NCBI GenBank assembly: GCA_024346625.1 | Contig: AP024664.1 | Location: 248,001-312,000, forward strand | Source: Williopsis jadinii | Taxonomy: Eukaryota | DNA length: 64,000 nt | Direction: 5' to 3' | In this document: positions 31,642-41,748 of the stretch, piece by piece | Layout of the letters: each line of letters begins with the position of its first letter | Numbering within the stretch: position 1 is the stretch's first letter | The notes under the pieces: generated by a model | The model's input: the letters and a program-made list of their open reading frames with translations, nothing else | The model's database searches: none | Told to the model about the DNA's origin: nothing | Program-made: the position numbers and the translations under genes

Positions 31642-32607
31642 CTATAATCTGCTTTCGTAGTAGGCATAGTCGATGTCTGCATTGTCCACCATCTCAAACC
31701 AGTACTGTTCAACCCACCGTCTATACTGTATTTGCAAGAATAAGCATATAACTAACGATACAAATGGGATAAGCACGAACTTGGCATAATTCTTTCCTTT
31801 CTTGTTTGTTTGTTCCTTAATATCCTTAGATGTTGTAAACTTCTTCTTGGAATACAACATCTGCTTCAATTTGTCAATTGTATCTTGCTGTTTTTGTATG
31901 CGTGATTTCAACTCTCTGTGAAATTTATCCTCTTTTCCCCACTGGAACCTCATAAGCTCATCAGGATGTTTCCCTTTAAGCAATGAAATCTCATCATTTA
32001 AAGATTTCACTTGTTCTTGCAATTTTTGTATCTTGAAATCTCTCTGTTTTATGGTTTCATCCCTTTCTAGGATAATCTTATCCCTAAAAGAGATCTCTTC
32101 TTCATACTTCTCATTCTGTTTGACCAGGGTGCTGGTCTCGTGAATCAACTTATCATTGTTCGAATATTTCGTTTCTAACTGGCGTATCACGTCATCTCGA
32201 TATTTAATCTCATCTTCCTGTGTTTCACTTAATCTCTTATACTTCCTCCACTCCTTTTTAAAGCTTGGTCGGATACTATGGTCATCGTCAACTCTCTTGT
32301 TCTCAACCCCAACATCGTTATCCTGTTCAATCGCCTTAGAATCCAGCTGTGCAAGTTGCAAAGCATTGGCAAACGTCAAGCCAACAAGAGAATTAAACAA
32401 CGTCTTGAATTCACTCTTGTATATTCTCTTATGCGTATCCCTTTGACTAAATCTCTTCAACGTCTTCATCTCCTCCTCATTGATCAACGGTGTCTTTAGA
32501 TACTTGTTGACCGTGTCAACAAGCAACGGAAGCTCTAAAGAAGGGATATATCCATTCCCAGATCTATCCACTTGTCTCCATGAGAGTGTTAGCACCGTGT
32601 CATCCAT
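31642..32607 (-). CDS. MPS2: Mps2/Csm4-family nuclear envelope KASH-like coiled-coil protein
   Basis: N-terminal W.QVD...GYI...ELP.LV, long coiled coil, C-terminal TM. Adjacent to the YPL199C-like gene, as CSM4 is in S. cerevisiae. Confidence 0.7.
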   Translation of the reverse strand: MDDTVLTLSWRQVDRSGNGYIPSLELPLLVDTVNKYLKTPLINEEEMKTLKRFSQRDTHKRIYKSEFKTLFNSLVGLTFANALQLAQLDSKAIEQDNDVGVENKRVDDDHSIRPSFKKEWRKYKRLSETQEDEIKYRDDVIRQLETKYSNNDKLIHETSTLVKQNEKYEEEISFRDKIILERDETIKQRDFKIQKLQEQVKSLNDEISLLKGKHPDELMRFQWGKEDKFHRELKSRIQKQQDTIDKLKQMLYSKKKFTTSKDIKEQTNKKGKNYAKFVLIPFVSLVICLFLQIQYRRWVEQYWFEMVDNADIDYAYYESRL

Positions 32608-32693
32608 TTTTCAGGCCTTCAATAACGTGCAAACTGGGTACAATTCCGATCTCTTTAAAGTGACTAACGCGGTGAAGTAGAGATCTTATTATT

Positions 32694-32721
32694 CATCTGA
32701 ACACCTAAACACCCAGACACC
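32694..32721. repeat. 8-bp-periodic telomere/Rap1-like array upstream of MPS2
   Basis: CATCTGAA CACCTAAA CACCCAGA CACC. Confidence 0.6.
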
Positions 32722-32865
32722 AGAATACATACGCACACATCATCAACGCTAATAAGCCAACAATCAATATTCGAATCTCATAATTAGATGCTAATAGATT
32801 CTCTTGAGGTTTATATAACTTGTCTATCTTACTTATTATATCCCTGTGGCTACTATTAAAGGTTC

Positions 32866-33485
32866 TTAGCTAAACAACGATAAGTCTATGATACCAAAAA
32901 CGGAGGAACCAACTGCAACGACTGGAGCACTGGCTTCGTAATCAGCAAAAAGAAGTCTCTGAAGATGAAGCATCAATTGATGAGGCTACACTTTCTGCAA
33001 AGGTTTCAATAGCAGTAATTTGGGCTAAAAATGTGATATCCCTCTTTGCAACGGCACAAGTCTTTTCTGCCTCTGCTGTTGTAGAAGTTTGGGTGGCATC
33101 ATCAACAGTTGCTGCATTTAGTAGTTGTAGCAGCTTGAACATTGTCTGTAAATGCACCTGTAACTTTGGTGATGCTGTCATCAAACTTTACTGATGAGCA
33201 CCAGGTTAATGTACCAATTGTCTCGGTGGAGAGGGTCTCACGCCATGCCATAGGCACCTCGAGGTATGAATTCGTAATCAGCCAAAAGAGTCCATCCACA
33301 TCGCATACAACTTGAATAACCGTCGATGAAATTGGAACCCTCTGAATAGGGACAAATTTTGGTTTAGCCATTGGTTATCCAAACCTCATGGCAACGGCTC
33401 TTGTGTATTCTCTACCAACAACTGAACAGCAGAATCTCCTTATGGGACGATGATAAAGTAAATGAGAAAATATCTCAAACTTCAT
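32866..33485 (-). pseudogene. Degenerate third paralog of the Cys-rich GPI cell-surface genes
   Basis: Fragments in different frames: TLSTETIGTLTWCSS (paralogs: TLSTEPTGTLRCST) and C-terminal ASAPVVAVGSSVFGIIDLSLFS* (paralogs: AAGSSLFGIFALALFI*). Multiple frameshifts; 5' limit approximate. Confidence 0.7.
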
Positions 33486-33880
33486 CCTTTTGAGTTCATC
33501 ATTATGTTATATAATGAATTGTATCTCATTTGAACTCTGTGGGAGTCTCTTATGTATGTACTATACCAAGAAGAGGATTCTCACCATAAACCAAGTCATC
33601 GTTTCTCAGACACCGGGCCAATGTTGAGGTTATGCTTACTCAAAAACTGTAAGAATTACTCCTCCAATTATATATATACTTGATTGGTGTCAGCTGTTTT
33701 ACACAATTCAGGAATAATGTTGAGGCTGTTTATCGCTACCATATCTACATTGTTTATAGTTGCTAGATTTTTGACCATAATAGTCATTAAAAGGAACATA
33801 GTTTTCAAATTAAAGATATTAAAGGCATTAAATTGACGGTCTCCACGGGCCAACGAGCTGGTGCTTTGTATATTTGTCAA

Positions 33881-34943
33881 TCAAATAAACAAAGCCAAAG
33901 CAATTATACCCATGAAAGAGCTTCCAGCTGCTAAGATTGATGCTCCGTTGACTGAAGAAGCTGATTCACTGTTTGCTTCAGAATTAGATTCAGTAGTAGT
34001 GGTGAGCTCGGTAGCTGAACCACTTGCCTCGCCGGAGACGTTGGCACCAGCTGCATCTGCTGTTCCAGAAGCCTCAGAGTCTGTAGTAGAAGAATTTGCA
34101 GTGTCACTGTCACTGTTACTGTTCTCTTCATCTTGACTGTTACTGTTCTCTTCATCCTCACTGTTACTGTTCTCTTCATCCTCACTGTTGCTTTCTTCTT
34201 CGAGCTCTCCGTCACTCTCATCAGATTCTGCTGAGGCTGAGGCATTGTCAGAATTGGTACTAGTGATGACAGCATCATCGCTGTCCGAATCAGTTGCAGT
34301 CACAGCTATTGCTGCGACATCACTAGACACTGTGGAGTTTCCACCTTCAGTAGCCTCCTCCTCAATACATGTACCTCCATAAGCACAACCAGCGTTAGGA
34401 TCTCTTGTGTACGAGTCTGTTAAAGTCGTTGAGCATCTCAAAGTACCAGTTGGTTCAGTCGAAAGTGTAGAGCATGCCTCCAATGCCTCTGAGACATAAG
34501 GACCATAGTACTTCCACAAGGTCCAACCACACTCCATACAAGATGGATAACGTCCCATGAAATTACCATCTTCAGCACAAAGACATGTCAAGTTGTGAGG
34601 ACCAGAGTAAGTGTCAGTCTCATTGAGAGAGCAAGCAGCACCATTAAGAATCATATATCCACATGCAGCATGACAACTGAAGGAGGCACATTGATCTTCA
34701 GAGGCAGCCAGAGCATAGGCATGTGGATCAGGATGTGAGATGGCTTCAGCTTCAGCGTAGGCCTCAGCAAAAAGCAGCTGCTGCTGCTGCTTCTGGAACA
34801 GCATCTGCCCATGGTATAGCACTTGGGTCTGCCAAAGCCAAAGCAGCTGCTTCAGCCTCAGCTTTAGCATTAGCAAGCGCAAAAGCATTGGCCTTGATCA
34901 ATAAGGCTGTGTATGATAAAAGGTGCAATGGAGATAATTTCAT
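33881..34943 (-). CDS. Cys-rich GPI-anchored cell-surface protein, paralog A; +1 frameshift at 34769-34773
   Basis: ATG at 34943 (MKLSPLHLLSYTALLIKANA, signal peptide), X-Ala/X-Pro pro-region, CHAACGY...CLC...CMECGWTLWKYYG domain, Ser/Asp/Glu stalk, GPI signal. One extra T in a T5 run breaks the frame. Confidence 0.8.
34113..34190 (-). repeat. 24-bp coding repeat, 3 copies, encoding (SNSEDEEN)n
   Basis: CTGTTACTGTTCTCTTCATCYTSA repeated three times on the + strand. Confidence 0.9.
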
Positions 34944-35622
34944 CTTGCTTATCTGTTTTTCTGAGTATAAAATGAACTTCTTTATTACAAAAGAGCGTAA
35001 TCCAAAGGTGTTCTATATACAAGCGTTAAATATGGAGTACACTTGTGAAATACCGTAGAAGATACCGTCTTTTTATAGTAAAAGTCTCCATTTTTGGGGT
35101 GCAAGTCTAAGGGCTCAATTGAAGGTCTTGAATTCAGATATCGGTTCATGTTTACCATATTTGCCAAGTTCAGGCAGACATGTGGTGCTTACTACTGTAT
35201 TTGTTGCTCCTACTGCTTGGAATAGAGCTACAAGTATGCATGTTTGCTTATTTAACTTGTGACAAAGAATTCCAACATCCCAAGCTCCCATGTAAACCTG
35301 TCCCGTGCTCCATCTCTGGGCTCAATAGTAGAAGTTGGCATCTGGAGAAAACAACAGCTTCAAGTTGCAGCTCTAGAATCGTCACAAGGCACGATGTTAT
35401 CGTCTAGAGAAGTAACCTGTGCGGTATTCAGATGTGTATCTTGTAGCAATGGATATATCTTCTGAATAGTCAATTTTGATTGTCTGCATGATGTTCAACT
35501 GACAGATTAACTTGCATGAATCACTCTACAACGTACATGATATAATGTTTAAAACCATTAATATTAGTAGTCGAAGAGCCCATTTGAAGAACCATTTCGA
35601 CACCACTAATTAGAATTCAGAA

Positions 35623-36545
35623 CTAGATGAACAAGGCCAAGGCAAAAATACCGAAAAGGGAGGAACCAGCTGCCAACATTTGGGCACTGTTAGCAGTAGA
35701 AGAAGCTGAGGTGGAAGAGGATTCAGACTCAGAAGCACTAGCACTGGCAGAAGCAGAGCCAGAAGCTTCACCAGAGACAGCAGCACCTGCTGCACTAGCA
35801 CTGGAAGCAGATGCTGAAGCAGATGCAGAGCCTGAACCAGATGCAGAGCCTGAACCAGAGCTGAAGCTGAACCAGAAGCTGAACCAGAAGCTGAAGCTGA
35901 ACCAGAGGCGGAAGAGTCGTCAGTTGTTGATGCACTTTCAGAAACACTGGCAGAGCCACTGGCAGAAGACCCATCACTCTCGGTGCTTGTACAGCCACCT
36001 CCATAAGCACAGCCAGCGTTAGCATCCTTTGAATATGAGTCAGTCAAAGTCGTTGAACATCTTAAAGTACCAGTTGGTTCAGTTGAGAGTGTGGAGCATG
36101 CTTCCAAAGCCTCGGTGACGTAAACACCATAGTATTTCCACAAGGTCCAACCACACTCCATACAAGATGGATAACGCTCCAAAAAGTTGGAACCATCAGA
36201 ACAGAGACAAGTGGTATTATAAGGACCGGAGTAGGTATCAGTTTCGTTGGTTGAACAAGCTTGTGCATCCAAAATCAGGTAACCACATGCAGCGTGACAA
36301 CTGAATGAAGCACAGTCATCCTCAGAAGCAGCGAGGGCGTAAGCTTGTGGGTCTGGGTGAGCAATTGCCAAAGCTTCAGCGTACGCCTCAGCATAAGCCT
36401 GGGCAACAGCATTAGCCTCTGGTACAGCATCTGCCCATGGCACGGCATCACCTTCAGCAAAGGCAAAGGCATACGCATCAGCCAAAGCATCAGCTTTGGA
36501 TGTGAGGGCAAGGCAAGCAACTGTAGCGAGTGCTGATAGTTTCAT
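35623..36545 (-). CDS. Cys-rich GPI-anchored cell-surface protein, paralog B; -1 frameshift near 35858
   Basis: MKLSALATVACLAL signal peptide, X-Ala/X-Pro run, same Cys domain, (SASG)n stalk. One base missing in the repeat (ACCAGAGCT vs ACCAGAAGCT). The restored frame ends ANSAQMLAAGSSLFGIFALALFI*. Confidence 0.82.
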
Positions 36546-37183
36546 TGTGTAGTTCTAACTAGTTTCTTCTGTCGCTTTATCTCTGAGCAGTGGGAAACAA
36601 AAGCAGTCAATGGCAATTGTACTTGTATTTTTACACTCTGGAGACTTTTTCCAAGACCTTGGCAGCCTTTTTATAGGGTTTATCTACTGCTTGTTTACCA
36701 AAAGGTGTCGATATGGGTGTTTATAAGCTCAGATATCGGAATTGGGGTTTTATGGGTGTTTGTGCATTCCCGTCATACAAACACCTGCACCTGAGCCGTG
36801 TGTAAACAACAGTTTAAGGACGCCCGACTGACACCATAAACAGTCCACATGCTCCAATTAGCGACTGTAAGACTTTAGGAGCGAAAGAAGCTCGTCAATG
36901 GAACAATTGTCGTTTATGGATGACTGTTAAGAACTTGGAGTAGTGATGATGGGCTCGGTGGCTCTTCGGACTTATCGATGCATGCCGAGGACATGTATGC
37001 ACCTTCTAGCGTTATGAGCCCGTGGTGATGGATCCCCACCCCCACAGGATACCCCCACCGATGAATACGATTTAGTACTCTCCGAGTTTCTGGAGATGCT
37101 TAATAGTGCTATCTTGTTATCGTTATTTGCGTTGAAGTGTCCTTTCTCTGTTATCGTACCGTATACGGACAGTCAATTGGGCA

Positions 37184-38797
37184 ATGAGGAGGTTTCAATT
37201 GGTGTTTAAGAGGCTTTCCAGCCACTACAGAGGGCACAGGCACCGGGTTCACTATGGCTATTCGTCGTTGGCACTGGCGTTGGGAACAATCGGTGGGTAC
37301 TACGCTTCGAATTGGGAGAGGAGTTACACCGCAAAGTCTGTCACAAGGCTCAGTGATATGGACGAGTTGTCGTATGCTAAGTGGGAAGACAGGAAGCTGG
37401 CATACCACAAGATTAAATCGCTTCTGAGAGAGGACCAATGGTCCACCGACAAGACTGAACTGGAGCATTGTTCTTCAAATGACTACTCCACTCACCAATC
37501 AGATAAGCTGCCACAATTGGTGGTATTCCCCGAATCGACGGAGCAAGTATCAGATATTTTAAAGATCTGTCATTCCTATAAAGTCCCCGTGGTGCCAGTC
37601 TCAGGAGCAACTTCAATCGAAGGTAACTTCAACACCACAAGGAACGGGCTAGTCATTTCACTGTCATTGATGGACAAAATCATTCAATTGAACGAACAGG
37701 ATATGGATTGTACTTTACAGCCAGGTGTTGGATGGCAGGATCTAAACGAATACTTGAAGCCTAGGGGGTTATTGTTCGGACCTGATCCGGGACCAGGTGC
37801 ACAGATTGGTGGTATGTGTGGTACTTCATGCTCAGGTACAAACGCCGCAAAGTATGGAACAATGAAGGATAATGTTATCAGTTTAACTGTGGTATTGCCT
37901 GATGGAACAGTCGTGAAAACTAGGAAAAGGCCTAGGAAATCCAGCGCAGGTTACAACCTCACAGGCTTATTCGTTGGAAGTGAGGGAACGTTGGGAATAG
38001 TGACGGAGATCACAGTGAAATTGCATCATTTACCAAGATTTGAAACTGTTGGTGTTGTTTCATTCGCCAGATTGATCGATGCTACAAATATGGTTACCAG
38101 GTTGATCCAGCATGGTGTCTCTTTCAACGCTGTTGAACTGCTGGACGAGAACATGATTGATGTTATTAACAAATCTGGCCAGTGTAACAGAAGTTGGCCA
38201 GTAAACCATACCTTGTTCATGAAGATTGGTGGTTCGTCACAAGCACAGCTCCAACATCAGCTAGAGTTGCTTCAAGGAATAGGAAGGGAGAACAACGCAT
38301 TGGCATTTTCCTGTGCTAAGGACTCCAGCGAAGCTGAAGAACTATGGCAAGCACGTAAAGTTGGATTCTGGTCTACTATTCAACATGGTAAGTCTCTACT
38401 AGGGGAGAATGCTAAAGTCTGGACAACTGACGTCGCCGTCCCCATCTCAAAGCTGTCCTGTGTCATTGAAGAGACCATGGAGGATATCAACTCTAAGGGA
38501 ATCTTCACAACGATCCTAGGACACGTTGGTGACGGAAATTTCCATTGTATCTTGGTCTATAAGCCGGAGGATCAAGGTGTTGTTAGTGGCATAAGTGAAA
38601 GAGTCGTCCAGCGAGCATTGGATAATGAAGGAACATGTACCGGTGAACATGGTATTGGACTTGGGAAACGCAAGTATCTTCAATTGGAGTTGGGTGAAGA
38701 TACAGTGGCACTTATGAGACAGATAAAGCTAAGTGTTGATCCTCATGGAATAATGAACCCTGATAAAGTGTTCTCAACAGATCCTGAAGATAGTTGA
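37184..38797 (+). CDS. DLD1: Mitochondrial D-lactate dehydrogenase (cytochrome), FAD-linked
   Basis: Mitochondrial presequence, FGPDPGPGAQIGGM.GTSCSGTNA, RPRKSSAGYNL, GHVGDGNFH, TGEHGIG. Confidence 0.92.
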   Translation: MRRFQLVFKRLSSHYRGHRHRVHYGYSSLALALGTIGGYYASNWERSYTAKSVTRLSDMDELSYAKWEDRKLAYHKIKSLLREDQWSTDKTELEHCSSNDYSTHQSDKLPQLVVFPESTEQVSDILKICHSYKVPVVPVSGATSIEGNFNTTRNGLVISLSLMDKIIQLNEQDMDCTLQPGVGWQDLNEYLKPRGLLFGPDPGPGAQIGGMCGTSCSGTNAAKYGTMKDNVISLTVVLPDGTVVKTRKRPRKSSAGYNLTGLFVGSEGTLGIVTEITVKLHHLPRFETVGVVSFARLIDATNMVTRLIQHGVSFNAVELLDENMIDVINKSGQCNRSWPVNHTLFMKIGGSSQAQLQHQLELLQGIGRENNALAFSCAKDSSEAEELWQARKVGFWSTIQHGKSLLGENAKVWTTDVAVPISKLSCVIEETMEDINSKGIFTTILGHVGDGNFHCILVYKPEDQGVVSGISERVVQRALDNEGTCTGEHGIGLGKRKYLQLELGEDTVALMRQIKLSVDPHGIMNPDKVFSTDPEDS

Positions 38798-38885
38798 ATT
38801 CACCATACACACCATATTATACTGTACCGTGTTATATTATATTATACCATATTATATTATGTTATTATTTATTACCTCCGAAGAA

Positions 38886-38906
38886 GCTCATCGCGGAAAA
38901 TTTTTT
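38886..38906. promoter_or_regulatory. PAC plus RRPE-like motif upstream of EMW1
   Basis: GCTCATCGC followed by GGAAAATTTTT. Confidence 0.65.
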
Positions 38907-38980
38907 GTTAGAGGAAGAGCATCACACGTTCAATAATCCCCAACGTAGGACGTAGAATAGCACTCAAGTGAGGTCAAACA

Positions 38981-41665
38981 ATGGCTGATTTCGAGCTTAT
39001 CCACTCTCAGCTACTGCTGAGCATTCCATTGGAATCCCAAACTCTTCCAAAAGTTACTTCTCTGGGCTCCGAGGCTCTTCAGTTCTTTGCACTCTGTGAA
39101 CCTCATCGCCTGTTTGAAACCACTCAAGTGAAGCAGCTTTTGGACCAGACGGTCAATTTCTTGAACTCAGACGGTGCCTTGAATGAGAGGACGAGAAAGT
39201 TGGCGGTGGATTTGTCTAACAGGGATAAGGAAACCTCCCTGTTGATTGCGATTGCATCGTTGTTGATCTTTGTTCAAAATAACTATACCGGCCCACAATG
39301 TCCACTTGTTGCGACTGCAGTCTTTTCTCAGACCGATGGAAGCGTTGAAGCACTTGGTTCCTATGGTCAGCCAGCATATGAGCTCTCAGAGGATTCCTTT
39401 TGGCTCTTGTTGTCACTGCACTTGCTGGAAGTGTTGAGCTCCACTCAAAACTCTTTACTCTTGGATCAACTACAACCGGAGGACTATGCTATGTCCTCGG
39501 TCCCTACAGACTCGTTCGGCTGTGTCGTGAACTGGTGGAGATGTAGAGCATTACTGGTCCAATGCTCGTTGTACCATGAGCTCTCAGGGCCTCATATTAC
39601 CGTGTGTTCTACCTTATTGGATGAAAGCCTGCTTAAGCCCTTGATTCCATCTTTACCTGGGAAGATCGCTAAGGACTTGACTGTAATGTTCCACTTAGAG
39701 AAGGCTAAGACCCTTGTTGAGTGCAACTTGGAACATTTAGCACCTCAAGAGCTTGTCCAAGCTCAACAATTGACAAAGTTTGAGTTCGTACTCACGGGTG
39801 CGAGGGCTAAGAGAACTAAATTCCAACAGGTTGCACATTCTTCGCTGCTGATATTGGCTAAATCGAACTACTTCAACAATGTACAGCATGAATACAACCA
39901 TGAGGAAACACCAGAGAACTTTGAATTGAACTCTGATTTGCTCTTGGAAAGACCATTCTATGAAGACGTTGGAAAGGAAGATCCTGATCAACAGATCTAT
40001 AAGAAGTTCAAACCTGATGACCAGACACCAGTGGACTACAGTGAGCTTCTACCACACACACTTGTTCAGGAGGATATTCCTGAGTCTCTCAAAGCTCAAG
40101 ACCCAAATAACCCACCGAACTTATCTGACTTCGATAACCTGCAACTGCTGTTGAGATTGTATACAATCAGGGCTACTTCACCCTCCGGTGACCCACTCAT
40201 CGAGGAACAACTCATGTCCTTAGTTTCTCGAGTAATATACCAGTCCAAAACCACGGGTGTTAACTATACGATCTTTTCTCGTGGTCTTTGGGAAAGATCG
40301 TTGTTAGAGACCAATAAGGCAAGAACCATTGAACGTGGTATCCTACAGATGCAATCTCTGATTGAGGAGATTGGATTGAAGATTAAATCCAGATATATTC
40401 CTGCAAATAACTCTATGGACTCTGAAAAGGAGAAGGAGGTGAAGAACAGGATCAGATACGTTTTCCAATTGCCATTGCTACCAAGATGGTCACTTGATTC
40501 TAAATTGGCTGAGAAATTCATGTCAATGGGTATAGTTAAAAGTGCCATTGAGATCTATGAAAGGTTGGGATTAGACACAGATGTTGCATTGTGCCATGCA
40601 TCTATTGGCGAGGAGAACATCGCCAAACAGATTATAGCAAAGAGACTGCAAGAACATCCAAATGATGCTAGGGCAATGAGTATAATGGGAGATCTGACAG
40701 AGGATCCAGCTTATTGGTTGAAGGCTTGGGATGTTGGTAAATATTGGAAGGCTAAGGTTTCCCTTGGTAAATTCTACTATTACGCTACAGCTCCAGGTAT
40801 TACAAAGGATATATCTGCGGCATTGGACCATTTGCACGATGCATTGACTATAAACCCACTGAACTTTGATACCTGGTTCTTTTATGGTTGTCTGGGACTG
40901 GAATCATCCCAGTTTGAGCTCTCTGCAGAGGCATTCTCCAGGTGCGTTGCCATTGATGAGACGTCTGCCAATGCCTGGTCCAATTTGGCAACTTCCCTGC
41001 TGAGATTGAACAAGCTGAAAGAGGCCTTCAGTGCATTGAAGAAAGCAACGAGTACCAGTGAAGGCCGCAATTGGAGGCTTTGGGAGAATTACTTGGTTGT
41101 TGCAGCTAAATTGGGTGAATGGGATGAAGTTCTGTGGGCCTGTAAGCAACTGGTTAACTTCAAGAAGGACTCCAGTGGTGAAGGGTCTGTGGATATCCCT
41201 GTTGTTGAGAAGTTGGTGGAGATCCTCGTTGCCTCTGATTACCACGAGGATAACCTCACGTTCTTCCAGAGAAACTGTGTTGAATTCACCACCGTGACGT
41301 TACCAGGCGTGATAAATACAAACTCAAGGCTCTGGAGAATCATTGCAAGGGTTGAGCTTTGGAGAAGGAGACCATGGGCCTCTTTGGAGTGCTACGAGAA
41401 GGCATACAGAGCACAGTCACACTTACCAGACTTGGAAACAGACGAAGCTGTTTGGAATGAAACTGTTGATGCCTGTGCTGATCTATGTTCTGCTTATGAG
41501 TCCCTTGGTGAAATGCCAGGTCGTTTGGGCGCAGGAGATGTTGTCTGTAAAGACTGGAAGTATAAGGCTAAGCAGACCATAAAGTCACTCATGTCAAAGG
41601 GAAGAACGTCATGGGAAGATTCTGATGGATGGAACAAATTGATTGAAACGAGAGATAACCTATAG
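38981..41665 (+). CDS. EMW1: TPR protein Emw1 (TTC27 ortholog)
   Basis: LTGARAKRTKFQ, RTIERGILQMQSL, TPR repeats, W..WENY, VCKDWKYKA. Confidence 0.9.
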   Translation: MADFELIHSQLLLSIPLESQTLPKVTSLGSEALQFFALCEPHRLFETTQVKQLLDQTVNFLNSDGALNERTRKLAVDLSNRDKETSLLIAIASLLIFVQNNYTGPQCPLVATAVFSQTDGSVEALGSYGQPAYELSEDSFWLLLSLHLLEVLSSTQNSLLLDQLQPEDYAMSSVPTDSFGCVVNWWRCRALLVQCSLYHELSGPHITVCSTLLDESLLKPLIPSLPGKIAKDLTVMFHLEKAKTLVECNLEHLAPQELVQAQQLTKFEFVLTGARAKRTKFQQVAHSSLLILAKSNYFNNVQHEYNHEETPENFELNSDLLLERPFYEDVGKEDPDQQIYKKFKPDDQTPVDYSELLPHTLVQEDIPESLKAQDPNNPPNLSDFDNLQLLLRLYTIRATSPSGDPLIEEQLMSLVSRVIYQSKTTGVNYTIFSRGLWERSLLETNKARTIERGILQMQSLIEEIGLKIKSRYIPANNSMDSEKEKEVKNRIRYVFQLPLLPRWSLDSKLAEKFMSMGIVKSAIEIYERLGLDTDVALCHASIGEENIAKQIIAKRLQEHPNDARAMSIMGDLTEDPAYWLKAWDVGKYWKAKVSLGKFYYYATAPGITKDISAALDHLHDALTINPLNFDTWFFYGCLGLESSQFELSAEAFSRCVAIDETSANAWSNLATSLLRLNKLKEAFSALKKATSTSEGRNWRLWENYLVVAAKLGEWDEVLWACKQLVNFKKDSSGEGSVDIPVVEKLVEILVASDYHEDNLTFFQRNCVEFTTVTLPGVINTNSRLWRIIARVELWRRRPWASLECYEKAYRAQSHLPDLETDEAVWNETVDACADLCSAYESLGEMPGRLGAGDVVCKDWKYKAKQTIKSLMSKGRTSWEDSDGWNKLIETRDNL

Positions 41666-41748
41666 ATGATGATAAAATGGGAAAACTTTTATTGTTTATA
41701 AATAGCCTTTGTTGTATTCTTCTTCTTCTTTTCTTCTTGATCTAGTTC

